A stretch of DNA of 64,000 nucleotides from Usitatibacter sp. (GCA_035308545.1 DATGGI010000161.1:482-64481); one strand, 5' to 3'; counted from the stretch's first letter, positions 50,025 to 61,161 are shown. Made by a program: numbers and translations. The notes: a model not told the origin generated them from the sequence alone.

Positions 50025-52862
50025 ATGGCACAGGCTCTGAGACCGAACCGGACCCGCGAGACCCTTCCCGAGCAGGCGATCTCGCGCGAGGTGCTGCTCG
50101 AGAAATACGCGAAAGGCGGCGAATCGGATGCGTCCCAGGTCCGCGCCCGCATCGCGCGCGCGCTGGCGCGGGCCGAACCGGAAGCCAGGCGCGGCCATTG
50201 GGAAAAGCGCTTCCTCGAGGCGATGGAACGCGGATTCATTCCCGCGGGCCGCATCAACTCCGCCGCGGGCACGTCGCTCACGGCGACGCTGATCAACTGC
50301 TTCGTGCAGCCCGTGGGCGATTCGATCACCGAGGTGATCGACGGCAAGCCCGGCATCTACACGGCGCTCGCGGAGGCCGCGGAAACCATGCGACGCGGCG
50401 GCGGCGTGGGCTACGACTTCTCCTCGATCCGCCCCGAAGGAGCGCTCGTCCGCGGCACGAATTCGCGAGCGAGCGGGCCGGTGTCGTACATGCGCGTGTT
50501 CGACCAATCCTGCGAGACCGTGGAATCCGCGGGCGCGCGGCGCGGCGCGCAGATGGGCGTTCTGCGCTGCGACCATCCCGACATCGAGCGATTCATCCAC
50601 GCAAAAGATGAGGGCGAGCTTTCCAACTTCAACATCTCCGTGGGCGTGACCGACGCGTTCATGCAGGCGGTCGAATCCGGCGGCGACATCGAGCTCGTGC
50701 ACAAGGCCGAACCCGCGGGCGATTTCAAGGCGTCGGGCGCATACCAGCGCGCGGACGGAATGTGGGTCTATCGAAAAGTGCATGCGCGCGAGTTGTGGGG
50801 CCAGGTGATGCGGTCGACCTACGATCATGCGGAACCGGGCGTGGTGTTCCTCGACCGCATGAATCGCGACAACAACCTCTACTACTGCGAGACGATCGAG
50901 TCCACGAATCCTTGCAGTGAACAGCCATTGCCCGCGTACGGATGTTGCTGCCTGGGCTCCATCGATCTGTCGCGATTCGTCGCCGATCCTTTCACCGAGA
51001 AAGCCTCCTTCGACTTCGAGGCCTTCGCGCACGTCGTCGACGCCTCGGTGCGAATGCTCGACGACGTCCTCGACGTGACGCCCTGGCCGCTCGAGCAACA
51101 GCACGCCGAAGCGATGGCCAAGCGCCGGGTGGGCCTCGGGTTCACCGGGCTGGGCGACGCGCTCATCATGCTGCGCCTGCGCTACGACACGAACGAAGCC
51201 CGCGCGATGGCCGCGAAGATCTCGGAGTTCATGCGCGATCGCGCATACCTCGAATCCGTCGAGCTCGCGAAGGAACGCGGCGCCTTTCCGATGTTCAACA
51301 AGGACCTGTATCTCTCGGGCGGCAACTTCGCCTCGCACCTGCCGGACGCGATCAAGCAGGCGATCCGGAAGCACGGCATCCGCAACTCGCACCTGCTATC
51401 CATCGCGCCCACCGGCACAATCAGCCTCGCATTCGCCGACAACGCCTCCAACGGCATCGAGCCGCCGTTCTCCTGGACCTACACGCGCAAGAAGCGCATG
51501 GCCGACGGCACGCACAAGCAGTTCCGCGTCGAGGATCACGCGTGGCGCCTCTATCGCCACCTCTTCGGCGAAGAGGCGAAGCTTCCGGAGTATTTCGTCA
51601 CGGCGCTGGAGATTTCGGCACAGGCGCACCAGGCGATGGTGGCCGCCGTGGCGCCCTTCGTCGACACCAGCATCTCGAAGACAGTGAACGTCGCCGAGGA
51701 CTATCCCTACCCGCTCTTCGAGAGCCTGTACCTCGATGCATGGAAGTCGGGCTTGAAGGGGCTCGCCACGTACCGGCCCAACAAGGTGCTGGGCGCGGTG
51801 CTCACGCCGGACACGCCGAAGGAGCCCGTCGCGCTCACCGTCGACGGCGCCAATCGCCGCCTCGAGATCAAGGCGCTACCGGTGCTCACGAGCCTTCGCT
51901 GGCCCGGGCGCCCCGAGATGCCGGAGGGCAACCTCGCGTGGACGTACATGGTGGACTCTCCCTTCGGGCGCTTCGCGCTTTTCGTGGGCCAGGTCGAAGA
52001 GGCCGGGCGCGCGTTCCCGTTCGAAGTGTGGGTGAACGGAGCGGAGCAACCGCGAGGCCTGGGTGCGGTGGCGAAGACGCTTTCGATGGACATGCGCGCC
52101 GACGATCGCGCGTGGCTCAAGATGAAGCTCGACATGCTCGCCGACACGGTGGGCGACGACGCGTTCGAGATGCCGTTTCCGCCGCACGGCGAACGGCGCA
52201 AGGTTCCGGGCGTCGTCTCCGCGATGGCGCAGGCGGTGCGCTATCGCTGCGAGCAGCTGAAGACCTTCGAGTCGCTCGGCCCCACGCCCGTGCTCGACCA
52301 CATGTTCAGCGTGGATGAGCCACGCACGGGAACCGACGGAACGCTCTCGTGGACCGTGGATGTCGTGAATCCCGCTTCAGGCGACGAATTCGTGCTCGGA
52401 CTGAAGGAGACCGTGCTGCCCGATGGCACGACGCGCCCCTATTCGATCTGGCTCTCGGGACACTACCCACGCGCGCTGGACGGCCTCACGCGAATCCTGT
52501 CGCTCGACATGCGCGTCATCGACCCGGCGTGGATCGGCATGAAGCTGCGCAAGCTTCTCGATTACTCGGAGCCGCTCGGCGACTTCATGGCGTTCGTTCC
52601 CGGCGAGCGGCGGCAGGAAAACTGGCCCTCGACGATCGCGTACCTCGCGCGCCTCGTGATCCACCGCTACGCGATGCTGGGCGTGCTCGACGAGCGCGGC
52701 TATCCCACGCGCGAGATGGGCATCCTCGAAGCTCCACGCGAAAGCGACGAGCCCGCGGTGATGAAGGGCGCGCGCTGCCGCGAATGCGGCAACTACACCG
52801 TCATCCGCAAGGACGGCTGCGATTTCTGCAGCGCCTGCGGGTGGACCGGCGTGTGCGGCTGA
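50025..52862 (+). CDS. nrdJ: adenosylcobalamin-dependent (class II) ribonucleotide reductase
   Basis: 945 aa. Active-site TNPCSEQPL, typical N-terminal EKYAKGGE. The Cys-rich C-terminal tail is [28 protein letters not shown]. Confidence 0.9.
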   Translation: MAQALRPNRTRETLPEQAISREVLLEKYAKGGESDASQVRARIARALARAEPEARRGHWEKRFLEAMERGFIPAGRINSAAGTSLTATLINCFVQPVGDSITEVIDGKPGIYTALAEAAETMRRGGGVGYDFSSIRPEGALVRGTNSRASGPVSYMRVFDQSCETVESAGARRGAQMGVLRCDHPDIERFIHAKDEGELSNFNISVGVTDAFMQAVESGGDIELVHKAEPAGDFKASGAYQRADGMWVYRKVHARELWGQVMRSTYDHAEPGVVFLDRMNRDNNLYYCETIESTNPCSEQPLPAYGCCCLGSIDLSRFVADPFTEKASFDFEAFAHVVDASVRMLDDVLDVTPWPLEQQHAEAMAKRRVGLGFTGLGDALIMLRLRYDTNEARAMAAKISEFMRDRAYLESVELAKERGAFPMFNKDLYLSGGNFASHLPDAIKQAIRKHGIRNSHLLSIAPTGTISLAFADNASNGIEPPFSWTYTRKKRMADGTHKQFRVEDHAWRLYRHLFGEEAKLPEYFVTALEISAQAHQAMVAAVAPFVDTSISKTVNVAEDYPYPLFESLYLDAWKSGLKGLATYRPNKVLGAVLTPDTPKEPVALTVDGANRRLEIKALPVLTSLRWPGRPEMPEGNLAWTYMVDSPFGRFALFVGQVEEAGRAFPFEVWVNGAEQPRGLGAVAKTLSMDMRADDRAWLKMKLDMLADTVGDDAFEMPFPPHGERRKVPGVVSAMAQAVRYRCEQLKTFESLGPTPVLDHMFSVDEPRTGTDGTLSWTVDVVNPASGDEFVLGLKETVLPDGTTRPYSIWLSGHYPRALDGLTRILSLDMRVIDPAWIGMKLRKLLDYSEPLGDFMAFVPGERRQENWPSTIAYLARLVIHRYAMLGVLDERGYPTREMGILEAPRESDEPAVMKGARCRECGNYTVIRKDGCDFCSACGWTGVCG

Positions 52863-52882
52863 TCGACGATCTGACCCCGGCC

Positions 52883-53857
52883 TCAGCCCGGCGTGAGCCC
52901 CTTCTCCTTCAGCCACGCCGGGTTGAAGAGCCGCTGCGCATAGAGCGAGCCGCGGTCGCAGAGCAGCGTGACGATCGTGTGGCCGGGTCCCAGCTTCTTC
53001 GCGGTCTCGACCGCCGCGCACACGTTGATGCCCGTCGAGCCGCCGACGTAGAGACCTTCTTCGCGAAGGAGCCGATAGACCATGTCGACCATGTCCTGGT
53101 CACGGACCTGGATTGAATCGTCCACGGGCGTTGCCTCGAAGTTCGCCGTGATGCGCGTGGTGCCGATCCCCTCGCTGATCGAGCTGCCCTCGGCCTTCAG
53201 CTGGCCCGTGTGCACCCAGTTGTAGAGCGCGCTGCCCTGCGGATCGGCGAGCACGATGCGCGCGCCGGGCTTCTTCTCCTTGAGGAATCGCGCGGTGCCC
53301 GCGAGCGTGCCGCCCGTGCCCACCGCGCTCACGAACGCATCGACTTCGCCATTCGTGTCGCGCCAGATCTCCGGCCCCGTGGTCTCGTAGTGCGCCTGCC
53401 GGTTCACGACGTTGTCGAACTGCATCGCCCAGATCGCGTTCGGCATCGACTCGGCAAGGCGTCCGGCGATCTTCTGGTAGTTGTCGTTGTCGACGTAGGG
53501 TTTCGGAGGAACCGGACGCACCTCGGCGCCCAGCGTGCGCAGCAGGTCCATCTTTTCCTGCGACTGGTTGTCCGGGATCACGATCACGCACTTGTAGCCG
53601 CGCGCGGCGCAGATGTGCGCGAGCCCGATGCCGGTATTGCCCGCGGTCCCCTCGACGACAGTGCCGCCGGGTTTCAACCGGCCACTGCGCTCCGCGTCGC
53701 GAATGATGTAGAGCGCGGCGCGATCCTTCACCGATCCGCCGGGATTCAGGAACTCCGCCTTGCCCAGGATCTCGCAACCCGTCTCGCGCGAGAGCTTCGC
53801 GAGCCGTATGAGCGGCGTGTTGCCGACCGCCCCTTCGAATCCTTCCCGGATTTCCAT
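52883..53857 (-). CDS. PLP-dependent cysteine synthase (CysK/CysM family)
   Basis: 324 aa. GNTPLIRL, PLP-lysine motif NPGGSVKDR, glycine loop GTGGTLAG. Confidence 0.85.
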   Translation of the reverse strand: MEIREGFEGAVGNTPLIRLAKLSRETGCEILGKAEFLNPGGSVKDRAALYIIRDAERSGRLKPGGTVVEGTAGNTGIGLAHICAARGYKCVIVIPDNQSQEKMDLLRTLGAEVRPVPPKPYVDNDNYQKIAGRLAESMPNAIWAMQFDNVVNRQAHYETTGPEIWRDTNGEVDAFVSAVGTGGTLAGTARFLKEKKPGARIVLADPQGSALYNWVHTGQLKAEGSSISEGIGTTRITANFEATPVDDSIQVRDQDMVDMVYRLLREEGLYVGGSTGINVCAAVETAKKLGPGHTIVTLLCDRGSLYAQRLFNPAWLKEKGLTPG

Positions 53858-53873
53858 TCGTAATTAAAACACT

Positions 53874-54033
53874 AAAGCCATCAACACAGAGGACACGGAG
53901 GTCCACAGAGGACACAGAGGAAAGGCCAAAGCACTGATGGCGTTTCGTGCCCAAGCGAACTGGGTCACGAAGCACATATGGTTTTTTTTCTGTGTCCTCC
54001 GTGGACCTCCGTGTGCTCTGTGTTGATGGCTTT
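53874..54033. repeat. MITE/REP-like inverted-repeat element, copy 3 (about 160 bp)
   Basis: The left arm 53874-53920 (aaagccatcaacacagaggacacggaggtccacagaggacacagagg) is the near-perfect reverse complement of the right arm 53988-54033. The arms are four 9-10 nt ACAC(R)GAGG units. The central part shares gtttcgtgcc...cgaa with copy 1. Confidence 0.85.
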
Positions 54034-54045
54034 TGACTTAGTCAT

Positions 54046-57000
54046 TCACTTGAGCGTCCACCGGTACACGAGATCAAGCCCCGGCAGGTATCCCGCGCGC
54101 ACGAGGAGGTGGAATTGCTTCGTGATGCTCCACGTGACCTTGAGCGCGCCCTCGGCATCGGCGAATCCCTGCTCGTAGCTCATGCGCACGCTCGAGGTGA
54201 GCTGCGACCCGATCGTCACCACGTCGGTCGCGGCCGGCGCGCCCGTGCGGCCCGCGACGGTGCTCTGCGGCATGACGCCCAGCGGGCTTCCCGTGTCCGA
54301 GTGCCCGATGGAGATCTCGTCGATCCCGAGTCTCTTCTGCAGCCCGCCGCCGGGCTTGCCTTCGCCCATCAGGGCTCCCGCCGCCGTCGTGAGCATCGAG
54401 AGGTCGCCCGGCCCCGCGCCCGAGGCGCTGCGCCCCAGCACGAGCCACGAGAGTTTCTCCGACTCCGGCACGTCGGGCGTCGATACGAGGCGCACGCGCG
54501 GACGCGCGGACGTGCCCGTCACCTCGACACCGGGCTCCACCTGCAGGCCCTTGCGCGTGGCGAGGATGTTGAGCTTCGGATTGTCGATGGGTCCCGCGAA
54601 CGTGAGCACGCCGCGGTCGATCGTGAGCTTCTGCCCGTAACCTTCATAGGTTCCACGCACCGTGCGGATCGAGCCCGTCGCCCGCAGCGGCGCGCCGATC
54701 TCGCCCACGACGCGCATGTCCCCGGCGAGCTCCGTGTCGAGTCCGCGCCCCTGGAACGCGATGCCGTCGCCCAGCGATGCGGAGATGTCGATGCGGATCG
54801 GCTGCTTCGATTTCGTGTCGGCGGGTTGCGCCTGGGCGCGGATCACAACGATGTCGTCCGAAGGCGTGGGCGCCGCCTGCGCGAGCGCGCCGATCCATCC
54901 GCCGTCGGCCTTGAACGATCCCGTGATCGACGTGGCCTTGGGCTCGGCCACGATGCTCGCTTCGCCGCTCACCGAGATGAAACGCGAAGGCAGCTGCGTC
55001 ACCGGGATCCTGTCGATCTTCACGCGAATCGATCCGGCATGCGAGGAGAAATCCACGGAGCCGGCCGCCGTGAGCGTTCCGCCGTCGGGAGGAGCCTGCA
55101 CGTGCCTCATCGCGTCGCGGGCGCCGTCGGGAACATGCCACGGCGATTTCGCCGAGAAATCGTCGATGACGAGCGACTTGCCGTCGAGGCGAAGGGAGCC
55201 CGTTCCCTTCGTGAGCTCGAAGCCGCTGCGCGCCTCGCGAAGCGCGAGGTCCTGGAAGCGCGCCTTGCCCTCGACGCGAGGATCGGCGCCCGTGCCGGTC
55301 ACCGCGAGATCGGCGTCGAGCCGGCCGCCGACCTTCACCTCGTCGCCGATCCACGGCTGCAGCATGCTGAGATCCGGGATCGTGGCGACCACGCGCGCAT
55401 CGAGCGGAGAGGCCTTCGTGAACTCCCACGCATTGCCTTCGCGCCCGATCGCGCCGTGCGCTTCGCCGCGGATGTTGCCGATGCGCGTACCGGACACGTT
55501 GAGCGTGCCGTGCAGGCGGCCCCTCGATATCTCAACGGCAAGCGCCGCCTCCGACAATCCCATGGGAAGCTCGGGGTCGCCCGCGAACACGTCCCCCGAT
55601 TCCCGTTTCACGGTGACCGTGCCCTCGATCGTTTCGGCGGCGCGCAGGTTCCATCCGGCCGAGAACACGAGGTTCATGCGCGCGGGCTCCTCGAGATCGA
55701 GTGTGCGGGCGACGTTCTTCACGTTCACCGAGGGCGCGGAGCCCTTCAGCTCGAAAGCGCCCTTGGCCCATCGCGTGACCTCGAGATGCGCTTCGCCCCA
55801 GTCGCCGCGCACCGTCGCGTCGCCGAGGTCCACGTCGTCGCGTGCGATCGCGAGGGTTGCCGGCGCGACGAGCGTGAACGCGCCCGGCCCGGTCACCGAG
55901 AGGGCCTCCACACGCCCGGCCCACGCGAACGCATCACCCTTGCGCGCGATCGCTCCTCGCACCGACACCTTCGCCGTTCTCTTCGGATCCATCGCGGCCT
56001 GCGCATCGACATCGACCGAGCACGTCTCGAAGGGGCCCGCGAGCTTCACGTGCGAATCGAGGCTTCCCGACGCGCTGGCTCCGAACGGTTTCGCGAGCTT
56101 CGCGAGATCGGGCGCGTGGAGCGTCACGTCCATCGCGTCGCCGGCGCGCCCCAGGCTTCCCTTCACAGTGAGGCGAGCCTCGCCCCACGACACGTCGGCA
56201 TCGGCGCTCGCGATGCGATGGGCGTCTCCCGCGACTCGAACGTGTCCGGAAGTCGCAAGGCCCGAATACGTACCCGGCTTGATGTCGACCTTCACTTCGC
56301 CCGCCGGCGCGTCCCCGAGCACGCCATTCGCGGCGAACGCGAAGTTGAGGCTGCCTCCGGGCGCCTTCGAGAATGCGGACGGATCGAAGTCGCGCGCCTC
56401 GCCCTCGACGTGGAAATCCTTCTTGCCCGCGAGCGCGGCGGCGCCCGTCGCGCTCACGGTTCCTCCCCCGGCGCGGACCGTCGCGGATTGCACCTCGATT
56501 CGCTTGGCGGCAAGAGTGGCGCGCCCCTCGAGCGCGAAGCGCGGATCTTCCAGCGCCACCTCGAACTGCTGCGCATTGCTGTCGCCCGCGATCGCGAGCT
56601 TCCCGGCGAGCTGCGTATTGCGCAATCCGCCGTGCAACGTCGCGAGGTCCACGCCTTCGATGTGCAAGTCGGCCTGCGCGCCCGCGCTTCCGACGTGCAT
56701 CGTGCCGCGCACGGATCCGGCGGGGAGCTTCACGTCGAGCGCGGAGAGATCGACTCCGCCATTGGCGACGGCGAGCTGCGTCGATGCGGACACGAGCGGA
56801 AGGCGGCGCGCGTCCCAGGGTCCGGGCTCCGCGTTCGCGAGATGGAGCGATCCTGCGATTCCTCCATCGCGGGGCGTGAGCTTCGCCTGTAGCGTAAGGC
56901 GTGTGGATGGCATGGAGGCGATCCACCGCGCGAGATCGACGCCGCCGGCATCGACCGCGATCGACCCGACGACGGGCGCCGCGAAGGGCTGTATCGTCGT

Positions 57001-57714
57001 CTTCGCGCTGGCGCGGGCGCCAGCCGCCGCCGCTTCCACCTTCACCTCGATCGCCCGCAGCGTGCCCGTCGCCTTGGCTGTCGCATGCGCCGGCTGTTGC
57101 TGCACCTCGCCATCGAAGTCCGCGCCGGCATCGAGGCCGAAGGGTTCGACAGCGGCGATGGAGCCGGAGAGCTTTACCTTTCCGTACGGCGTGCCCGCGC
57201 GGGCTTCGGCGATCGTCCATCGCGCCGCATCGCCTTCGCCACGCAACACGACGTCGGTGAGGATCACGTCCTTGTCGTGGGAGCCGATGGCTCCATAAGT
57301 GAACGTGCCCACGCCGCCGTCACCGAGCCGAACCGGGAAGGGCGGCACGAATTGCGGCGGCGATGCCTGGGCCGCCTGGGGATGGGACGCGGGTGACGTG
57401 CGCACCTCGACGCTCCGTGCATGAAATCGATTGACGGTGAGGCGGCCGGTGTAGACCGGCGAGATGTCCGTCTCGAGATCCTCGATGCGTATGACGAGCT
57501 CCGGCCTCACGACCTCGAAGAGGCGGATCCTGAGCTGCCCGCCGATCGCTCCTTCCACGCCCTCGATCTTCGTCGCGGTCCCGAGCAGCTCCTGGAGCTT
57601 TCCGATCACGAATTCGGCGCCGCGCTGCGTCCCCGCGATCCAATAGATCGTTCCGGCGACGAGGACCGCGAGCCCGAGCACGGTGTAGACGAGGTAGCGA
57701 AGCGCGCGTCGCAT
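54046..57714 (-). CDS. tamB: translocation and assembly module subunit TamB (DUF490)
   Basis: 1222 aa. N-terminal signal-anchor, a long beta-rich body, and a C-terminal DUF490-like end (...LLVRAGYLPGLDLVYRWTLK). Lies 1 nt downstream of tamA. Confidence 0.85.
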   Translation of the reverse strand: MRRALRYLVYTVLGLAVLVAGTIYWIAGTQRGAEFVIGKLQELLGTATKIEGVEGAIGGQLRIRLFEVVRPELVIRIEDLETDISPVYTGRLTVNRFHARSVEVRTSPASHPQAAQASPPQFVPPFPVRLGDGGVGTFTYGAIGSHDKDVILTDVVLRGEGDAARWTIAEARAGTPYGKVKLSGSIAAVEPFGLDAGADFDGEVQQQPAHATAKATGTLRAIEVKVEAAAAGARASAKTTIQPFAAPVVGSIAVDAGGVDLARWIASMPSTRLTLQAKLTPRDGGIAGSLHLANAEPGPWDARRLPLVSASTQLAVANGGVDLSALDVKLPAGSVRGTMHVGSAGAQADLHIEGVDLATLHGGLRNTQLAGKLAIAGDSNAQQFEVALEDPRFALEGRATLAAKRIEVQSATVRAGGGTVSATGAAALAGKKDFHVEGEARDFDPSAFSKAPGGSLNFAFAANGVLGDAPAGEVKVDIKPGTYSGLATSGHVRVAGDAHRIASADADVSWGEARLTVKGSLGRAGDAMDVTLHAPDLAKLAKPFGASASGSLDSHVKLAGPFETCSVDVDAQAAMDPKRTAKVSVRGAIARKGDAFAWAGRVEALSVTGPGAFTLVAPATLAIARDDVDLGDATVRGDWGEAHLEVTRWAKGAFELKGSAPSVNVKNVARTLDLEEPARMNLVFSAGWNLRAAETIEGTVTVKRESGDVFAGDPELPMGLSEAALAVEISRGRLHGTLNVSGTRIGNIRGEAHGAIGREGNAWEFTKASPLDARVVATIPDLSMLQPWIGDEVKVGGRLDADLAVTGTGADPRVEGKARFQDLALREARSGFELTKGTGSLRLDGKSLVIDDFSAKSPWHVPDGARDAMRHVQAPPDGGTLTAAGSVDFSSHAGSIRVKIDRIPVTQLPSRFISVSGEASIVAEPKATSITGSFKADGGWIGALAQAAPTPSDDIVVIRAQAQPADTKSKQPIRIDISASLGDGIAFQGRGLDTELAGDMRVVGEIGAPLRATGSIRTVRGTYEGYGQKLTIDRGVLTFAGPIDNPKLNILATRKGLQVEPGVEVTGTSARPRVRLVSTPDVPESEKLSWLVLGRSASGAGPGDLSMLTTAAGALMGEGKPGGGLQKRLGIDEISIGHSDTGSPLGVMPQSTVAGRTGAPAATDVVTIGSQLTSSVRMSYEQGFADAEGALKVTWSITKQFHLLVRAGYLPGLDLVYRWTLK

Positions 57715-57715
57715 G

Positions 57716-59488
57716 TCAGAAAGCGATCGACACGGAGAAGGACAGGCGGAATTTCTTGTCGCGGTCCGCGTAGGCGACGTCGAGCGCGAAGGGCCCCGCG
57801 GGAGTCCGGTAGCGCGCGCCGATGCCGTAGCTCTTCAGCGCATCGAGCTGCTGCGGGGAATCGGCCGCGGTGCCCACGTCCATGAAGGTCGCCGCGCCCC
57901 ACGTATTGTCGAGCCAGTGGACGTACTCGATCGTTCCCGTCTCGAGATAGCGGCCCCCGACCACCGCGTCGCCCTGCTGCACGCCGAGGCTCTGGTATGC
58001 GTACCCGCGGTTGGAGCGCGAGCCGCCCGCGCGGAAGAGGAAGTCGTCGGGAATTCCCTCGCGGCTCGGCGCGAACGTTCGCCCCAGTTCGATGCGCGCG
58101 AGCAACTGGTCCATGGACCCAAGCGGAATCCAGTATTGGCCCTGCACGTACGCCTTCACGAAATCCTGGCCCGAGCCGAGCGATTTCGATCCGGCCGCGA
58201 GCTGCAGGTTCAGCACGCCTCCGCGCTTCGGATCGAAGAGACTGTCCACGGGCCGCCACGTGATCGTGAGAACGGGCGCGAGCGCCCTCGTGTAGTTCAC
58301 GGGCGCGCCGGTCGGGTATTGCTTCTCCACCTGGTAGGACAAGCCCGCCTGGAGCTCGAATTTCTCCTGGTACCAGTGCCGGTAGCCCGCGACCGCGAAG
58401 CGCGTGAAGTTGTCGTTCTCGATGATGCTGTGCTCGGTGAGGACCCCGAAGCTGTCCTTGTAGGGAAACTCGTCGAACCATCGGCCCGACCAGATTCCCG
58501 GCGGCAGGTACACGTCCGCGTAGCCGATCTGCTGCTTCTGGCTCGCCTGCACGGAGCTCTGCAGGTCGAAGGCGCGGCCGAGGAAATCGCGGTCGCGGTA
58601 CGTGGTCTCGCCGCGGATTCCGTCGTCGGTGCCGTAGCCGAACGACACGCCTGCATCGCGCGCCGCGCGCTCGATCACGGTGACCTTCACCGGGGCGAGC
58701 TTCGGTTTCGCGGTGTCGATCTCGGCCACCACGCTGGAGAACCACGGCGCCGACTGCACGAGCCGCTGCAACTGCTCGAGGCGCTCGCGGCTGTAGCGCT
58801 CGCCGGCCTTGATGTTCACGAGGCGCCGCACGACGCGCTCCGGATACCGCTCGAGGCCGACGACAGTAACCTCGCCGAACGTGAATGGCGGACCGCTCTC
58901 GAGCGCGATCTTCAGCTTCGCCTTCGCGTTCGCTTCATCCACTTCGGCGCTGGAGCGCACGAGCGTCCCCGCGGCGTAGTCGCGATCGGTGAGGGACTGC
59001 TCGAGGCGGGTCTTCGCGCTTTCCCAGTCGGCGCTGCGGAAGGCCTGTCCCGGCTTCATCGCGAAGCCCGCGCGCAGCCTTTCGCGCCGCCGCTCGCGCT
59101 CGGGTCCATCGCCCGCGATGTCTCCGTCGAACGCGATCTCGACCGTATCGACCACGGTGCGCGGCCCGGGATCGACGCTCACGACCGCGTGAGCCTGCGA
59201 ATCGTCGAAGCGGATCTCGAAGGTCGCCGAGAAATAGCCTTCGGCCGCGGCCATGTCGGGCACGCGCTTGTGCACGTCGCTGCTCCACTGGCGGCGCGCC
59301 TGCGCGGCCTGCCCTTCGGATTCGGGTGTCGGCGGCGGCAGGAATCGCTCGAAGAGCTCGCGCAGCTCCTTCGGCGCTTCCCACGTGACCGAAAAGGCGC
59401 GCCCCTCCTCGCCGCGATCGAGCGCCCCCAGCGCAGCCACCGGCATCGCGCACGCCAGCAGCAAGGTGGCGAGCGTGGCGCGAGTCAT
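57716..59488 (-). CDS. tamA: Omp85-family outer-membrane protein TamA
   Basis: 590 aa. Signal peptide, POTRA-like repeats, a C-terminal bacterial surface antigen (D15) barrel, and a terminal aromatic residue (SVSIAF). Confidence 0.85.
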   Translation of the reverse strand: MTRATLATLLLACAMPVAALGALDRGEEGRAFSVTWEAPKELRELFERFLPPPTPESEGQAAQARRQWSSDVHKRVPDMAAAEGYFSATFEIRFDDSQAHAVVSVDPGPRTVVDTVEIAFDGDIAGDGPERERRRERLRAGFAMKPGQAFRSADWESAKTRLEQSLTDRDYAAGTLVRSSAEVDEANAKAKLKIALESGPPFTFGEVTVVGLERYPERVVRRLVNIKAGERYSRERLEQLQRLVQSAPWFSSVVAEIDTAKPKLAPVKVTVIERAARDAGVSFGYGTDDGIRGETTYRDRDFLGRAFDLQSSVQASQKQQIGYADVYLPPGIWSGRWFDEFPYKDSFGVLTEHSIIENDNFTRFAVAGYRHWYQEKFELQAGLSYQVEKQYPTGAPVNYTRALAPVLTITWRPVDSLFDPKRGGVLNLQLAAGSKSLGSGQDFVKAYVQGQYWIPLGSMDQLLARIELGRTFAPSREGIPDDFLFRAGGSRSNRGYAYQSLGVQQGDAVVGGRYLETGTIEYVHWLDNTWGAATFMDVGTAADSPQQLDALKSYGIGARYRTPAGPFALDVAYADRDKKFRLSFSVSIAF

Positions 59489-59492
59489 CGGC

Positions 59493-60068
59493 CTACTCCA
59501 ATTTCTCGACGCGTTTCTGCAGTCGATCGACGGCGTCGCGAAACTCCGCGACCGCCTGCGCGAAGGAGGCGACCTTCACGCGCGAGGCGACCAGCGGGGA
59601 CTCCTCCGTCCAGTATTCGGCCGCGCTTTCGGCAAGGCGCTTGCCCGCATCGCGGCCCCATCGGCCGAACGAGCGCGCGGTCGTCACGATCCGGTGCGCG
59701 GCGATGTCGCCCACGACGCGCGACAGATCCTCCTCCACGTCCCAGTCGAGGTTGCGCGCGAGGAACGAGACGTCCTGGGCGAATTCCACGTCGCCTTCGA
59801 TGCGCACGCCACGCCATGCGTTCTCGTCGCGGCCGGCGAACTTCGGCAACGAGGCCGGGGGAATGTGCACCTCCAGGTCGCGCGCCGCATCGTCCCTCGC
59901 CGCCGACACCTCCCCGTTGGCCTGCACCGTGAACGCGAGCGAGAGCGGGCCCACGTTGAATCGTGCCGTGCGGCCCGCGTGCTTCGCGAGGCGCTCCATC
60001 GCGAGCGGCGCCGAACGCAGCAGGTGGTTCAGCGCCCGCGCGGCGGGCTGCGGGGCGAACGGCGTCAC
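59493..60068 (-). CDS. ubiJ: SCP2-domain ubiquinone biosynthesis accessory factor UbiJ-like
   Basis: GTG 60068 overlaps the ubiE stop (GTGA). 191 aa. It occupies the position directly after ubiE and has an SCP2-like N-terminal half plus a C-terminal amphipathic helix. The call rests on synteny and composition only. Confidence 0.6.
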   Translation of the reverse strand: MTPFAPQPAARALNHLLRSAPLAMERLAKHAGRTARFNVGPLSLAFTVQANGEVSAARDDAARDLEVHIPPASLPKFAGRDENAWRGVRIEGDVEFAQDVSFLARNLDWDVEEDLSRVVGDIAAHRIVTTARSFGRWGRDAGKRLAESAAEYWTEESPLVASRVKVASFAQAVAEFRDAVDRLQKRVEKLE

Positions 60069-60799
60069 GGCTTGTAGCCCCGGTGCAGCGCCACGACTCC
60101 CGCGGCGAGGTTGAAGTAATCCACGCGCGCGAGGCCCGCCGTCTCCATCATCGCCTTGAGCGACTCCTGGTCCGGGTGCATGCGGATCGACTCGGCGAGA
60201 TAGCGATAGGCGGCCTCGTCCCTCGCGACGAACTTGCCCAGCATCGGCAGCACGGAGAAGGAGTAGGCGTCGTAGGCCTTCGAGAGCGGTTTCCACGGCC
60301 GGGAGAATTCCAGCACGAGGACGCGGCCGCCCGGCTTGGCAACGCGGGACATCTCCGCGAGCGCGCGATCCTTGTGCGTCATGTTGCGAAGCCCGAAGGC
60401 CACCGACACGCAATCGAACGTGTTCGACGGGAACGGAAGCTTCTCCGCATCGCAGAGCGCGAGTGGCGTGAAGACGCCGGCGTCGATCAGCTTGTCGCGA
60501 CCGACGGAAAGCATCGCCGCGTTGATGTCGGTCATCCAGACCTGGCCCGTGGGCCCCACGCGGCGGGCGAAGGCCGCGGCGAGGTCGCCGCTGCCCGACG
60601 CGACGTCGAGCACGCGCGAGCCCTCGCGAACCCCGCTCATCTCGATCGTGAAGCGCTTCCACCAGCGATGCAGCCCCAGCGACATGAGGTCGTTCATCAC
60701 GTCGTAGTTCGTGGCGACCGACCGGAATACGTCGCCCACGCGCCGCGCCTTGTCCCCCTCGGGCACCTGGGTGTAGCCGAAATGCGTCTTTTCAGTCAT
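60065..60799 (-). CDS. ubiE: ubiquinone/menaquinone biosynthesis C-methyltransferase
   Basis: 244 aa. [30 protein letters not shown] and the SAM loop [10 protein letters not shown] are canonical UbiE sequences. Confidence 0.9.
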   Translation of the reverse strand: MTEKTHFGYTQVPEGDKARRVGDVFRSVATNYDVMNDLMSLGLHRWWKRFTIEMSGVREGSRVLDVASGSGDLAAAFARRVGPTGQVWMTDINAAMLSVGRDKLIDAGVFTPLALCDAEKLPFPSNTFDCVSVAFGLRNMTHKDRALAEMSRVAKPGGRVLVLEFSRPWKPLSKAYDAYSFSVLPMLGKFVARDEAAYRYLAESIRMHPDQESLKAMMETAGLARVDYFNLAAGVVALHRGYKP

Positions 60800-61161
60800 G
60801 GATCCCTGGAGGCGTGGGCCGCGCCGAGGCGCTCGAGATAGGAGCGCCAGTTGGCCTCTTTGTTCCGGCCGAGGTCGTAGAGATAGTCCCAGGAGTAGAT
60901 GCCGGTATCGTGGCCGTCGGAGAAGACGAACTTCACGGCATAGACGCCCACCGGGTCGATGGCCTTCACGGCGACGTTGCGCTTGCCCACCTGGAGCACT
61001 TCCTGGCCCGGCCCGTGGCCGCGGACCTCCGCGGAAGGGGAGTACACGCGCAGGTATTCGACGGGCAGGGAGAATTTCGCGCCATCGTCGAAGGCCACGT
61101 CGAGGACTCCGGATTGCTGGTGTAACGTGATGTCGGTAGGCCGGGGAGACTTGCGATCCAT
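60796..61161 (-). CDS. DUF971 (gamma-butyrobetaine hydroxylase-like N-terminal) family protein
   Basis: Start ATG 61161 (MDRKSPRP...). [15 protein letters not shown] and [19 protein letters not shown] are typical of DUF971. The stop overlaps the ubiE start (ATGA). Confidence 0.7.
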   Translation of the reverse strand: MDRKSPRPTDITLHQQSGVLDVAFDDGAKFSLPVEYLRVYSPSAEVRGHGPGQEVLQVGKRNVAVKAIDPVGVYAVKFVFSDGHDTGIYSWDYLYDLGRNKEANWRSYLERLGAAHASRDP

